IMG/VR virus record: IMGVR_UViG_3300032104_000113
Span: 1-33,437 of that record
Direction: 5' to 3' (one strand)
Length of the DNA: 33,437 nt
Source: a virus
Taxonomy: Duplodnaviria; Caudoviricetes
The translations under genes were made by a program, and so were the position numbers. The notes under the pieces are model-generated. The model did not search any database and had not been told where the DNA came from. It saw only the letters and a list, made by a program, of their open reading frames with translations. Shown here piece after piece: positions 1 through 8,653 of the stretch (position 1 is the stretch's first letter; every line of letters begins with the position of its first letter).

Positions 1-471
1 AGAGGTTTTCTTCGGCTTTCGCCTCAAACACTCTTATGAGAGCTACGGGCAATCTATATTGTTATAATGATATCAACCTAAAAGCCTGGTTATATTTTTA
101 AAATTTATTATCCAGGTCATTATTATTGAGATTTAATTGGAGGGCAGATTTCTAATTTCTTCGGAGCTTTCCGATTCATCTTCTTTGGCATGCGTATTTC
201 ATCATCCCACAAGACATCTTCTTCTTTTGAAAGATCAATAGCATCTTCAACCGCTTCATATGCAGTACGAGTATATCGACTACTGAGCCTAGTCCCTGAA
301 ATACTTTTAAGCATTACTTTTGTACTCCTCAATGTATCCTGCAATTGTTAGCTCATTGCAGAAAGGAACTATCAACTCCATTGTATCATAAATCTCCTGG
401 GGGATACTGCCTCTTATGATGCCAGTTATTACCCCTCTCTTTATTCCGTGCGACATCAGTGAAAATTTCTA

Positions 472-501
472 TTGACATAGCTATAAACTTATGTATATAC
501 T
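472..501 (+). promoter_or_regulatory. Putative sigma70-type rightward early promoter
   Basis: TTGACA (472-477), 18-nt spacer, TATACT (496-501) in an AT-rich gap ahead of the plus-strand operon. Confidence 0.6.
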
Positions 502-552
502 TCCTTTATGGTTAATAAAAATCTAGTTTATTACGTGGAAATATAGCAAAAT

Positions 553-852
553 ATGTCAACAAATGCAAACAAAATAAGCAATAAAATCAAGAGACTTATG
601 AATAAGATGTGTATAAAGCCTTCCTTCATCGCCAGGAGCCTTTGTGTCACAGGGGGCTATATCTCTCACTGTATTAATATCGACCAAAAGACCCGCGATT
701 TTCGCCGGAAAGATCCATACGTCCGGGAAGGTATTGCCAGGCATCTTGGCCTGAGCTATCGGGAACTATGGGGCGAACCTCAACCGCAAAGAATTGGAAA
801 AGAGTTAAAAGAGTTAAAGAAGATACTTGAAAATGCGGTCTTGGATTATTAA
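553..852 (+). CDS. Small HTH transcriptional regulator (Cro/Ner-like)
   Basis: First gene after the promoter; HTH-like IARSLCVTGGYISHCI and IARHLGLSYRELWG. Confidence 0.55.
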   Translation: MSTNANKISNKIKRLMNKMCIKPSFIARSLCVTGGYISHCINIDQKTRDFRRKDPYVREGIARHLGLSYRELWGEPQPQRIGKELKELKKILENAVLDY

Positions 853-1099
853 GAGGGACCTGCAAGTACGGGTTGAGGTAGTTGCGCCAGCAACTAGGAG
901 CTTTATGGAAAAGAAAATATACACTCTCAGCATTAAAACTTCCTACGAAACACTGGAGGTTCTTCAGGAACTCAGAAAGACTTTCGACCCCCCAAGAACA
1001 ATGTCGCAAATCGGTCACATGGCAATTCGCCATGGGATCAAATCTATCAAGAAAATTAGGGATGATGCAAGAAGTATTGGGGATTTAAAAACAGCCTAA
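827..1099 (+). CDS. Hypothetical small protein, possibly DNA-binding (true start may be downstream)
   Basis: Basic ORF in operon context; GGAG precedes the internal Met of MEKKIY. Confidence 0.4.
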   Translation: MKMRSWIIKRDLQVRVEVVAPATRSFMEKKIYTLSIKTSYETLEVLQELRKTFDPPRTMSQIGHMAIRHGIKSIKKIRDDARSIGDLKTA

Positions 1100-1140
1100 A
1101 AGTGGCTGGGTATACCTTTTTTCGTTAAATAGTTGAATTC

Positions 1141-1446
1141 ATGAATAAAATTACTGGAGTCCCTTTGAATCAGGTTCCTCATCTTCTAACACCAAAGCAA
1201 ATCGCTACCGAGGTCTACGATCTTAGCGACCCGGATGAGATCAGGAGAAAAGCCCACTCGCTCTGGAGGTCTGCCAGAGACAGGCGGTTGCCCTGCACTA
1301 AGGTCGGGAACCGTACCTTCTTTGATCCGTCCAACTTCAAGCCTCAACTCCAAACACAAGAACTCCCAAAAAAAAGAACAGAAGAGATCACGCCGTCAAC
1401 TCAGCAGGTTTCTATCTTCCGTGAGGTAGTTCGTGGACTTCTTTGA
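1141..1446 (+). CDS. Excisionase-like HTH protein
   Basis: LLTPKQIA...LWRSARDRRLPCTKVGNRTFFD fits the Xis/HTH_17 pattern. Confidence 0.55.
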   Translation: MNKITGVPLNQVPHLLTPKQIATEVYDLSDPDEIRRKAHSLWRSARDRRLPCTKVGNRTFFDPSNFKPQLQTQELPKKRTEEITPSTQQVSIFREVVRGLL

Positions 1447-1744
1447 ATACATCGCTCTACAGCAGCACGAGGAAAACCTGAAACTGCAGATTGAATATAG
1501 AAAGCTGCAGCAGAACCCGCCTCTTCTTGTCAAGATAGGAGATAGAGTTTTGGTCGCGATCGGCCTGATTGGATATGGTTTTCAATGGGCACGCCAAGAA
1601 TGCGAGGTCGTGGATGTTTCAGGATGCAGCGCTAAAATAACGTGGTCGAATGACAGCAAAAGTTTTCACGAGTGGGTCGATATTGTTTTGATCATATTCG
1701 TCCTCTCGAGAAAGAAGAAGGGGCCCAATGAAAAAGTTTTATAG
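1433..1744 (+). CDS. Hypothetical protein
   Basis: GAGGT RBS, GTG start, overlaps neighbours. Confidence 0.45.
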   Translation: MDFFEYIALQQHEENLKLQIEYRKLQQNPPLLVKIGDRVLVAIGLIGYGFQWARQECEVVDVSGCSAKITWSNDSKSFHEWVDIVLIIFVLSRKKKGPNEKVL

Positions 1745-1940
1745 GCGATATTTCTGTGAAGATACGACCGACCCATCGGAATCTCTTACCTCACAGGAGG
1801 TCAGCGATCAGCTGGTCATGTTGTCTGAGGGATATCACATTGAACGGGTTCAGAGGTCCAGGATTTTATGGACATCGAGGTTTTTGATTGCCGTGGCAAT
1901 TTCCTTGGGGACGTACGTGGCATGGGTTGTTTATCAATAG
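1728..1940 (+). CDS. Hypothetical membrane protein
   Basis: C-terminal hydrophobic helix FLIAVAISLGTYVAWVVY. Confidence 0.4.
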   Translation: MKKFYRRYFCEDTTDPSESLTSQEVSDQLVMLSEGYHIERVQRSRILWTSRFLIAVAISLGTYVAWVVYQ

Positions 1941-2045
1941 GAATATTAAGCTCCACCGCGGTCATGTATGTCGGCCTTGTTATCTCCATGGCTCTAATGG
2001 ATCTATCTGAGTCCCCATTAAATCATAGCGGAAAAGATAAAAACC

Positions 2046-2234
2046 ATGGCAGGAAGCAGCTCAAGTAGTAGCGGAATCGGAGTCTTTGGTCTTTTAGGTG
2101 TTTTGTTCGTCGGTTTAAAGCTGACAGGTTTCATCCATTGGTCGTGGTGGTACGTGACCCTTCCGTTCTGGTGTGGGATCGCCTTATTTTTGTTTATTTT
2201 ATTGTCCATGATGATCTTTGCGGTCATCCGATAA
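2046..2234 (+). CDS. Small phage membrane protein
   Basis: SSSSSGIGVFGLLGVLFVGLKLTGFIHWSWWYV, a pattern common in phage two-TM proteins. Confidence 0.7.
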   Translation: MAGSSSSSSGIGVFGLLGVLFVGLKLTGFIHWSWWYVTLPFWCGIALFLFILLSMMIFAVIR

Positions 2235-2961
2235 GGGAGAAGAGATAAAACTGTCTGAGGTTATATTCGCAGTCATTGATACCGAGACAACCGGAACCGA
2301 GCCAAAGACAGACAGCGTTGTCCAGGTTGGTATTGCAAAGAAATTTATGGGTTCGACAAGGCAATCATGCTACGAAGTCACGGTCAAACCTCCTATCCCG
2401 ATCCCCCCGGCTACTTCTGCCGTTAACCACTTGACTGATAAAATGGTGGAGCATTGCAAGCCTCTTTCGTTCTACGAGAAGGACATCGTGGAGCGGGTTG
2501 TGGGCTGCACCTTCGTCGCTCACAACGCAAAGTTTGACAGCGCCTTCCTGCCCTTCCTCTATGGCCCGTGGGTCTGCACGATGCGGATGGCGCAACATCT
2601 TTGGATGGATAAAGCCGAGTCGTTTTCACTTCAATATCTTAGGTATTGGCTCGGTCTCGAGATCGATACCGGTCCCGCCCACACCGCCCTGGCAGATGTA
2701 ACCGTCACATTCGGCGTCCTCGTTGAAGAGATCAAAGAATACCTCAAGCAGGGCCGACCCGACGACATCGATCTTTTTATCACGTTTTGCAACAGTCCGA
2801 TTATGTATACGAAGATTCCATTTGGAAATAAGCACCGGAATGAACTCATCTCTGACGTGGTCAAGAACGACAAGCAGTACCTTAACTGGGTGCTGAATAA
2901 AATGGACAATCTGGACGAGGATCTTCGGGCCAGTATCTTGAAGGCGTTACGGTCTGAGTAG
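2218..2961 (+). CDS. DEDDh 3'-5' exonuclease (DnaQ/ExoX-like)
   Basis: DTETTG, VAHNAKFD and AHTALAD motifs; C-terminal IPFGNKH...YLNWV domain. Confidence 0.9.
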   Translation: MRSSDKGEEIKLSEVIFAVIDTETTGTEPKTDSVVQVGIAKKFMGSTRQSCYEVTVKPPIPIPPATSAVNHLTDKMVEHCKPLSFYEKDIVERVVGCTFVAHNAKFDSAFLPFLYGPWVCTMRMAQHLWMDKAESFSLQYLRYWLGLEIDTGPAHTALADVTVTFGVLVEEIKEYLKQGRPDDIDLFITFCNSPIMYTKIPFGNKHRNELISDVVKNDKQYLNWVLNKMDNLDEDLRASILKALRSE

Positions 2962-3051
2962 GATTACACGAGGACCAAGGATCTCATCAGAAGGGTTCGA
3001 AGGTGATTACATGATCGTGTGGTTAATCTTAAATAATTCGTGGAGGCGTAG

Positions 3052-5172
3052 ATGTTTGCAGACCTGATTAACCAACTAGCCAAAACGTATCAGGAGGAAA
3101 GGAAGGGAGACTATTATGCGCGTCCTTCTTCTGCCGGCCCCGAAAAATGTATCCGTGCCCTTGCTTACAACGCTAACGGCATGAAGGGGTCTCAGCTTCC
3201 GGGCCGGGCGATCCTGACGTTTGACGACAGCTCGTGGCATGAGGAATTGACCCTGGATTGGATGAACAAGATGGCATTTTCCAACCATTCGGAACAGATG
3301 CCAGTGGATCTTCCCGCGCCGGGTGTCAATAAATCGGGTCACTTCTGCCGGAGTTGTAAAAAGGATATCCCTCCCGAGACCATTCACGGACACATCGACT
3401 GGATTGCAACAGATCCCTTGATGAACGACTGGCTTGTGGAGCATAAGGCGCTCTCGATGTTCGGATCTCAGAGATGCGAGAAAGAATTCCCCATGGACTA
3501 CCTGACCCAGGCATCAATCTACAGTGCATCTCTGCAAAGGATACAGCCGGATCTTCACCGCGTCATTCTAATAATAAAAAACAAAAACACGGCCCAATAT
3601 ATAGAGTTTGAGTGTGACTACGATGCCTCTCTGGACTGCCTGACCATACACAGACGGATCATCAGTCGCGGAGACGCTCCTGCCGATGTCCATAAAATCG
3701 AGGAAAAAATAGAGAACATCGTCGGGGACGCCCTGCTCAAGTTCAAGGCTATAGACGAGCTGGCCTTGAATCACAAGATTCCTCCTCGCCAGTATGATCG
3801 GGACAGGGATTGGCATTGTGGATATTGCCTCCCCCCCAAGACTAAAATATTAATGGACGATTTCTCCTGGAAAGTGATGGAAAAGATTTCCCCCGGAGAG
3901 TCTATCATCACGTTTACTGAAGAGCGAGAAGGCAAGCATAGGAGAGTTGTTCGGGCTAAGGTTCAAGGAATAAAGTACAGAAAATCAGAGACCATAACAA
4001 TAGAAACCCATAAAGGAAAAATAAGGTGCTCACCTGATCACCCATGGCTCGTACAGGACATCAAGAAGAAGGCCGTGTGGAAGAAGGCTAAAAACATATC
4101 CCCTCGAGACAAAATGTTCTTTCTTGTGAGCCCAGACAGAAACGCTGCCTTCAGCGATGGCTACAAGATTGGATACATTCACGGAATAGTTGAGTGCGAA
4201 GCGCACATAAGGAAATCTCATAATTGGCCTTCAATAAGAGTTGCCGTGAAAGACTCGGTTGCCCTGGATAGATATAAAGATTACTTAAATTATTTCAAAA
4301 TAAAGCGTTCAAGGGGAGCATTTGTTCATCAAAGCCCGACAGTAATGGAGAAGGTTCTTGTCTCAAGCACGGGAATCAACGACCTTCTCGATATCTTAGA
4401 GGAGCCTCTTTCTGGATACGATCAAGCTGCCGGCTACATGGCGGGAATTTTTGACGGAGAAGGGAGCTTGGGCCAAAACAACCTAAGAATATACAATTCA
4501 GATGAAAAGATATTGGATAAAATCCAATGGGCTGCGTCTGAGCTGGATTTGAATTTCCAAATAGAACCATTCTCAAAGCAGGCCGTTAACGTTATCGTCA
4601 AGAGTGCGCGCTTGTACTCAAGAAGGGGAATGGTGTCCATGTTTGAATTTTTTAATAGAACCAGGCCCGCCATAACTAGAAAAATTGACAATTTATATGG
4701 CATGGCTTTTTTTGACGGGTGGGTAGAAATTACCAGCATCTCTCATGGAGGCCCAGAGGTCTTGATAGACATGCAGACTTCATCAAAGACCTTCATCGCA
4801 GATGGGTTTGCATCCCATAATTGCCCATACCTTGAACCATGTTATGAAAATTATGAAAAGGAATTTAATGCCTTGGCTAAGGATGTAGAGATCAACCAGG
4901 ACATGGAGACGGAATTTAAGTACTACCTCCAGTTGGCAGGGGAGGCACGGACATCACAGAAGGCATACGAAGACCTTAGAGATAAGATCAAGGACAGGTT
5001 AAAGGGGGCCGATATTCGTGCCGGAAAGACGAAAGAATATACGGCGAAGATCACTCTTAGCCCCAGGGAAACAGTCGTCAAGGCCCTCATCCCGCCAGAC
5101 CTTCTTCCTAAAGTCACCAAGATCAGCACGTCTGAAAAATTGACGATCAGAAAAATAAAGAAGGATGGTTGA
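3052..5172 (+). CDS. Cas4-like PD-(D/E)XK nuclease containing an intein
   Basis: RPSS..C, GHID, VEHK and QxxxY motifs; after splicing the C-terminus reads CGYCPYLEPC (Fe-S cysteines). Confidence 0.8.
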   Translation: MFADLINQLAKTYQEERKGDYYARPSSAGPEKCIRALAYNANGMKGSQLPGRAILTFDDSSWHEELTLDWMNKMAFSNHSEQMPVDLPAPGVNKSGHFCRSCKKDIPPETIHGHIDWIATDPLMNDWLVEHKALSMFGSQRCEKEFPMDYLTQASIYSASLQRIQPDLHRVILIIKNKNTAQYIEFECDYDASLDCLTIHRRIISRGDAPADVHKIEEKIENIVGDALLKFKAIDELALNHKIPPRQYDRDRDWHCGYCLPPKTKILMDDFSWKVMEKISPGESIITFTEEREGKHRRVVRAKVQGIKYRKSETITIETHKGKIRCSPDHPWLVQDIKKKAVWKKAKNISPRDKMFFLVSPDRNAAFSDGYKIGYIHGIVECEAHIRKSHNWPSIRVAVKDSVALDRYKDYLNYFKIKRSRGAFVHQSPTVMEKVLVSSTGINDLLDILEEPLSGYDQAAGYMAGIFDGEGSLGQNNLRIYNSDEKILDKIQWAASELDLNFQIEPFSKQAVNVIVKSARLYSRRGMVSMFEFFNRTRPAITRKIDNLYGMAFFDGWVEITSISHGGPEVLIDMQTSSKTFIADGFASHNCPYLEPCYENYEKEFNALAKDVEINQDMETEFKYYLQLAGEARTSQKAYEDLRDKIKDRLKGADIRAGKTKEYTAKITLSPRETVVKALIPPDLLPKVTKISTSEKLTIRKIKKDG
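3826..4821 (+). mobile_element. Intein with LAGLIDADG homing endonuclease (332 aa)
   Basis: Starts CLPPKTKILM; block B CSPDHPWL; GYIHGIVECEA and GYMAGIFDGEGS; ends FIADGFASHN followed by Cys+1. Confidence 0.93.
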
Positions 5173-5496
5173 ATTACCTCAAAGATTTGCCTCTAAGATA
5201 CATTACAGCCAAGGCGGGTGTTGGAACTGGACATCGTCAAAAACTCCCTCTGGTTATGGGCTTTACTGGTTCGATGGAAAATACTGGGTGGCCCACAGGT
5301 TCTGTTATTTGATCGTAGTGGGGGAAAGACCTAAAGGTCTTCTTTTGGACCACCTATGCAGGGTTAGAGGATGCGTAAACCCTACCCACCTTATGCTTGG
5401 AGAAAATGCAAGATATGCAATGCCAGGCGTTTCAAAAAGTGGTACGACAAGCGAAAGGAGACAAATGAGATTCAATCGGATAAAAGGCAAGGATAA
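5165..5496 (+). pseudogene. HNH endonuclease remnant with apparent internal deletion/frameshift
   Basis: CWNW..GYG..AHRF.Y..LDHLCRVRGCVNPTHL in the ORF frame; WRKCKICNARR tail in the -1 frame from 5398 to TAA 5494-5496. Confidence 0.6.
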
Positions 5497-6577
5497 GCCT
5501 CAAAACATAATCAGGCTCCCGCGCCTGGGTCGAATCCGCCTCGGGATTAAAAAAGTGTCAGAACGAACTGGCAATCCATTTCCAGTAGAGACGGATTATC
5601 TGGTTTGCCCAGATGAGGTCCGAAAAATACACGGTGAAAGGCCTAGATCTCTCCCCGTTATGCTGCCAGTAGAAGATGAGGCGTTATTTCTAAACCAATC
5701 TTACAGATGCTATAAGTCAAACCATAGAATGCGGTGCCATGGAAACGGTGAGACGGCTGAACGTATCACCGAAGATGGGAAATGGAAGGAAGATATTAAA
5801 TGTCCTTCTCCTCCCGACTGCGAATACGGTCAAAAGCATAAATGTAAATCGATGATGGACTTAATGGTTGTCCTTCCAGCAGTCAATATGGGAGGGGTTT
5901 ATCAAGTCAGCACTGGCTCCATAAATGCAGACATAGATATACGTTCAGGTATCGAGATGGCCAAGTCTTTGTTCGGCAGGATTTCATGGACGCCCATGAA
6001 GCTATCCAGAGAAGAGATGATGATACCTGATCCTGAGACAGGCAAAATGCAAAAACATTGGCCATGTCGGCTCCACCCTGTGGCAACAATGGACCAGGTG
6101 AATAAGATTAGGGAGGACACAAAAAGGATTATCGAAATTCAGGGAAACTATGTCCTTGCAGAACCCGAAATAGAAGCAACAGAGCCTAATACCACCATCC
6201 AGATAGAAGAGCTTCCCGCAGAAGAGCTCTCGCAGACGCCCATGCACACTGAGTCCGTCTCTGGAGCAACAATAACAGCCGAAGTTGTCGAGGCCAAGAC
6301 ATCCGAGCCAGATAAGGCAGCGGAATCTTTTGCCTGGACAACCCCGGATATGGGTAAGGACTATGCGGACTACCTGAAGGGGATGAGCGCCATCAAGGAA
6401 CAGTTGAAGAAGGTGACGGGAGACGATTCAACCTATTACATGGAGCTTGCCAAAATCACGAAGGATATGCCTAAAGGTCCCTTTGAGCACGCGAACAAGA
6501 TGAGAAAACTGGTCTTCAGGAAGGAGGCCTTTGACTACCTAGGCGGCATCGCCATGGTGGTGTCTCAGGGAAAATAG
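5465..6577 (+). CDS. Recombination directionality factor-like (Gp3-like) protein
   Basis: Own RBS AAGGAG and ATG at 5465; LPRLGRIRLGIKK..PVETDY, C.G.GE.A, Cys cluster, GVYQVSTGS. Confidence 0.7.
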   Translation: MRFNRIKGKDKPQNIIRLPRLGRIRLGIKKVSERTGNPFPVETDYLVCPDEVRKIHGERPRSLPVMLPVEDEALFLNQSYRCYKSNHRMRCHGNGETAERITEDGKWKEDIKCPSPPDCEYGQKHKCKSMMDLMVVLPAVNMGGVYQVSTGSINADIDIRSGIEMAKSLFGRISWTPMKLSREEMMIPDPETGKMQKHWPCRLHPVATMDQVNKIREDTKRIIEIQGNYVLAEPEIEATEPNTTIQIEELPAEELSQTPMHTESVSGATITAEVVEAKTSEPDKAAESFAWTTPDMGKDYADYLKGMSAIKEQLKKVTGDDSTYYMELAKITKDMPKGPFEHANKMRKLVFRKEAFDYLGGIAMVVSQGK

Positions 6578-6605
6578 ACGTAAGCACGTTAAAACAACAC
6601 ATCAA

Positions 6606-6971
6606 ATGGAGGTAAATTCAGTGGAGTATGAACCTAGGGTCATACAGATTACAAAAGAGTTGGAATGTTCTTTTACCCCAGACGAAGAAAACGCCATGGG
6701 GCACGATCTTGCCAAAGAAGAAGCCTCTATGGCCGAGCTCGAAGAACGGAAGAAGAAAGCCAATAAGGGTTTTCTTTCGGAGGCCAGCGTTATATCGAAG
6801 AACATTACGGGCCTGACGCTCAAATTGAACAACGGATATGAATACCGTCCGGTTGAATGCGAGAAGACCATCAATTTCGAGACCGGGACGATGACGATTA
6901 CGAGACGGGATACCAAGGAAACGGTTGAGGAAAGACCGCTGACGGACGAGGAGAGGCAACTTTCCCTTTAA
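6606..6971 (+). CDS. Hypothetical phage protein (probable start GTG 6621)
   Basis: GGAGG RBS; coiled coil followed by GYEYRPVEC...ERPLTDEERQLSL. Confidence 0.65.
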   Translation: MEVNSVEYEPRVIQITKELECSFTPDEENAMGHDLAKEEASMAELEERKKKANKGFLSEASVISKNITGLTLKLNNGYEYRPVECEKTINFETGTMTITRRDTKETVEERPLTDEERQLSL

Positions 6972-7030
6972 AAGGATTTCACCAACAATAGGGTTCGCTT
7001 AGGTTTGAATATTTTCATCGGAGGAGCGCC

Positions 7031-7294
7031 GTGAGTTGCCAAAGGTGTGATGGTTTGATGCGCGTGGAAACAGAGATGTGGGTCTGCTGGATCTGCGGGG
7101 AACGGATAGACTAAATCATCTTACAAAACAGGATAAGTCCGGACCGTGGTTCAACCCCTCGGGTTTGCTCCTGGAAGATCACCCAGAAGCAGTTTCATGC
7201 CTGTATTTGCGGATGCAATCGTATGACCGAAGGGGTTTATTTTTCCATGTCGTGCAGGACTCATGACGCAATGTTTAAGGTGGGCGGAAAGTAG
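7031..7294 (+). pseudogene. Zinc-ribbon protein interrupted by in-frame TAA (7112-7114)
   Basis: GGAGGAG RBS; MSCQRCDGLM...WVCWICGERID*IILQNR, with plausible motif continuation across the stop. Confidence 0.55.
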
Positions 7295-7691
7295 ATCATT
7301 CCTTCACAAAAGAAGGGCCTTGGCTTCGTGGAGGATTTTTACTTTGCGACACACGCCTCTCATCTTTCGGACTGGAGTTGGTAGGATGGCAATGGGAACC
7401 TCGATAGGACAACCCTCCGGCCTGCCGAAATCCGAACGGGGCCGAAGATGCACAACCCATCATCATGCTTGTGATTGCCGTGAGGCCAAGTTTCAAAAAA
7501 TCGTAATCCAGAATTGCTCTATGCGGGATTTGTTGGAGGAAGTATGCCCTCAGCTATCGGGTCAAAATTACGAACGTGTGAAGCTGTTTTTGAAGGGGAT
7601 TAAGGAGTGAGATGTCGATTATTTCCACCACGCAATGGCGAGGAAAAGAATAGGAAATGTCATGCCGTTATTTGAAAGGGCGGGCGGGTGA

Positions 7692-8483
7692 ATGAAAGTA
7701 GGATCACTCTTTTCAGGCGGTGGACTTGGCGATCTTGGCTTTATGATGGCCTGGATGGAGATCGGATTTCAGGTTGAAATCGAAGATTATTGCCAGAAAA
7801 TACTCAAGCTCAGGTGGCCGGGTGTTCCGAAGTGGAAGGACATAAAAGATGTCAGAGGAGCGGACCTACCGCCAGTTGACATTATCACCGGAGGGTTTCC
7901 TTGCCAGTCCTTCTCAGTCGCCGGACAGCAACGAGGCAAGGAAGACAGCCGCTCTTTATGGCCGGAGATGTTTAGAATCATACGAGAGCTTGGGCCGCGA
8001 TGGGTCGTTGGCGAGAATGTTCCTGGAATCATCGGAATTGCGCTCGACGATGTTTTATCTGACCTGGAGTCTGAGGGCTACGAAACAACGACGCTTGTAT
8101 TTCCGGCTCATGTTGTCCCGCCCCAAGTTCCTCACCGAAGAGAACGGGTGTGGTTTGTGGCCCACACCGGCATTAATGGACTCGGCGAGCGACAAGAGGC
8201 GGCCGGATTACAAAACTGCGAACAAGATGTTGCCTACGCCGAAAAACCGGGATTGGAAGGGCCAGACACAGAGGGGGATGTACAAACAGGAAGATGGCCT
8301 TCCGAATCAAGATCGAGGAGATGGGAAGTGCATTGGCGGGAAGCTGAATCCCGAATTTGTCGAGTGGTTGATGGCAGTCCCAACCGGGTGGAGCGACTTA
8401 AACTCCTCGGAAACGGCCAGGTCTGTAGTGTCACGGCTTGGATTGGACAAAGGATCATGGAGCATGAAAGGGCAGGCGGGTGA
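7692..8483 (+). CDS. DNA (cytosine-5) methyltransferase, main polypeptide
   Basis: SLFSGGG, GGFPCQ, ENVPG, HRRERVW and RLKLLGNG motifs. Confidence 0.92.
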   Translation: MKVGSLFSGGGLGDLGFMMAWMEIGFQVEIEDYCQKILKLRWPGVPKWKDIKDVRGADLPPVDIITGGFPCQSFSVAGQQRGKEDSRSLWPEMFRIIRELGPRWVVGENVPGIIGIALDDVLSDLESEGYETTTLVFPAHVVPPQVPHRRERVWFVAHTGINGLGERQEAAGLQNCEQDVAYAEKPGLEGPDTEGDVQTGRWPSESRSRRWEVHWREAESRICRVVDGSPNRVERLKLLGNGQVCSVTAWIGQRIMEHERAGG

Positions 8484-8496
8484 CAAGGGAAGATGA
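7849..8496 (+). CDS. Nested alternative-frame ORF, probable second subunit of the methyltransferase
   Basis: 215 open codons overlapping the MTase; repeated WPTP/LPTP and motif IX-like LNPEFVEWLMAVPTGWS. Confidence 0.65.
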   Translation: MSEERTYRQLTLSPEGFLASPSQSPDSNEARKTAALYGRRCLESYESLGRDGSLARMFLESSELRSTMFYLTWSLRATKQRRLYFRLMLSRPKFLTEENGCGLWPTPALMDSASDKRRPDYKTANKMLPTPKNRDWKGQTQRGMYKQEDGLPNQDRGDGKCIGGKLNPEFVEWLMAVPTGWSDLNSSETARSVVSRLGLDKGSWSMKGQAGDKGR

Positions 8497-8653
8497 AATC
8501 GCGCTGATGTATTTACTCGGCATTTTGTCGGACGTTATAAAGACTGTCCTTATCGAATCGGATTTGCATTCTCAAAAACGAGTAGAAATGGGTGTCAAAA
8601 GGATGTGCAGGATAAATCGAAGACAAGCGGTGACGTGGAGAGCTAAAAAATGA
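8480..8653 (+). CDS. Hypothetical 57-aa protein
   Basis: Fills the gap exactly, with GTGA and ATGA overlaps at both ends. Confidence 0.45.
   Translation: MTREDEIALMYLLGILSDVIKTVLIESDLHSQKRVEMGVKRMCRINRRQAVTWRAKK

Noticed and set aside
123-344. Leftward ORF as a CI-type repressor
   Set aside because: No HTH or S24 peptidase motif is visible and the start is unclear; left unannotated
3052-5172. CRISPR-Cas system suggested by the Cas4-like gene
   Set aside because: No repeat-spacer array or other cas genes are visible; solo Cas4-like nucleases are common in phages
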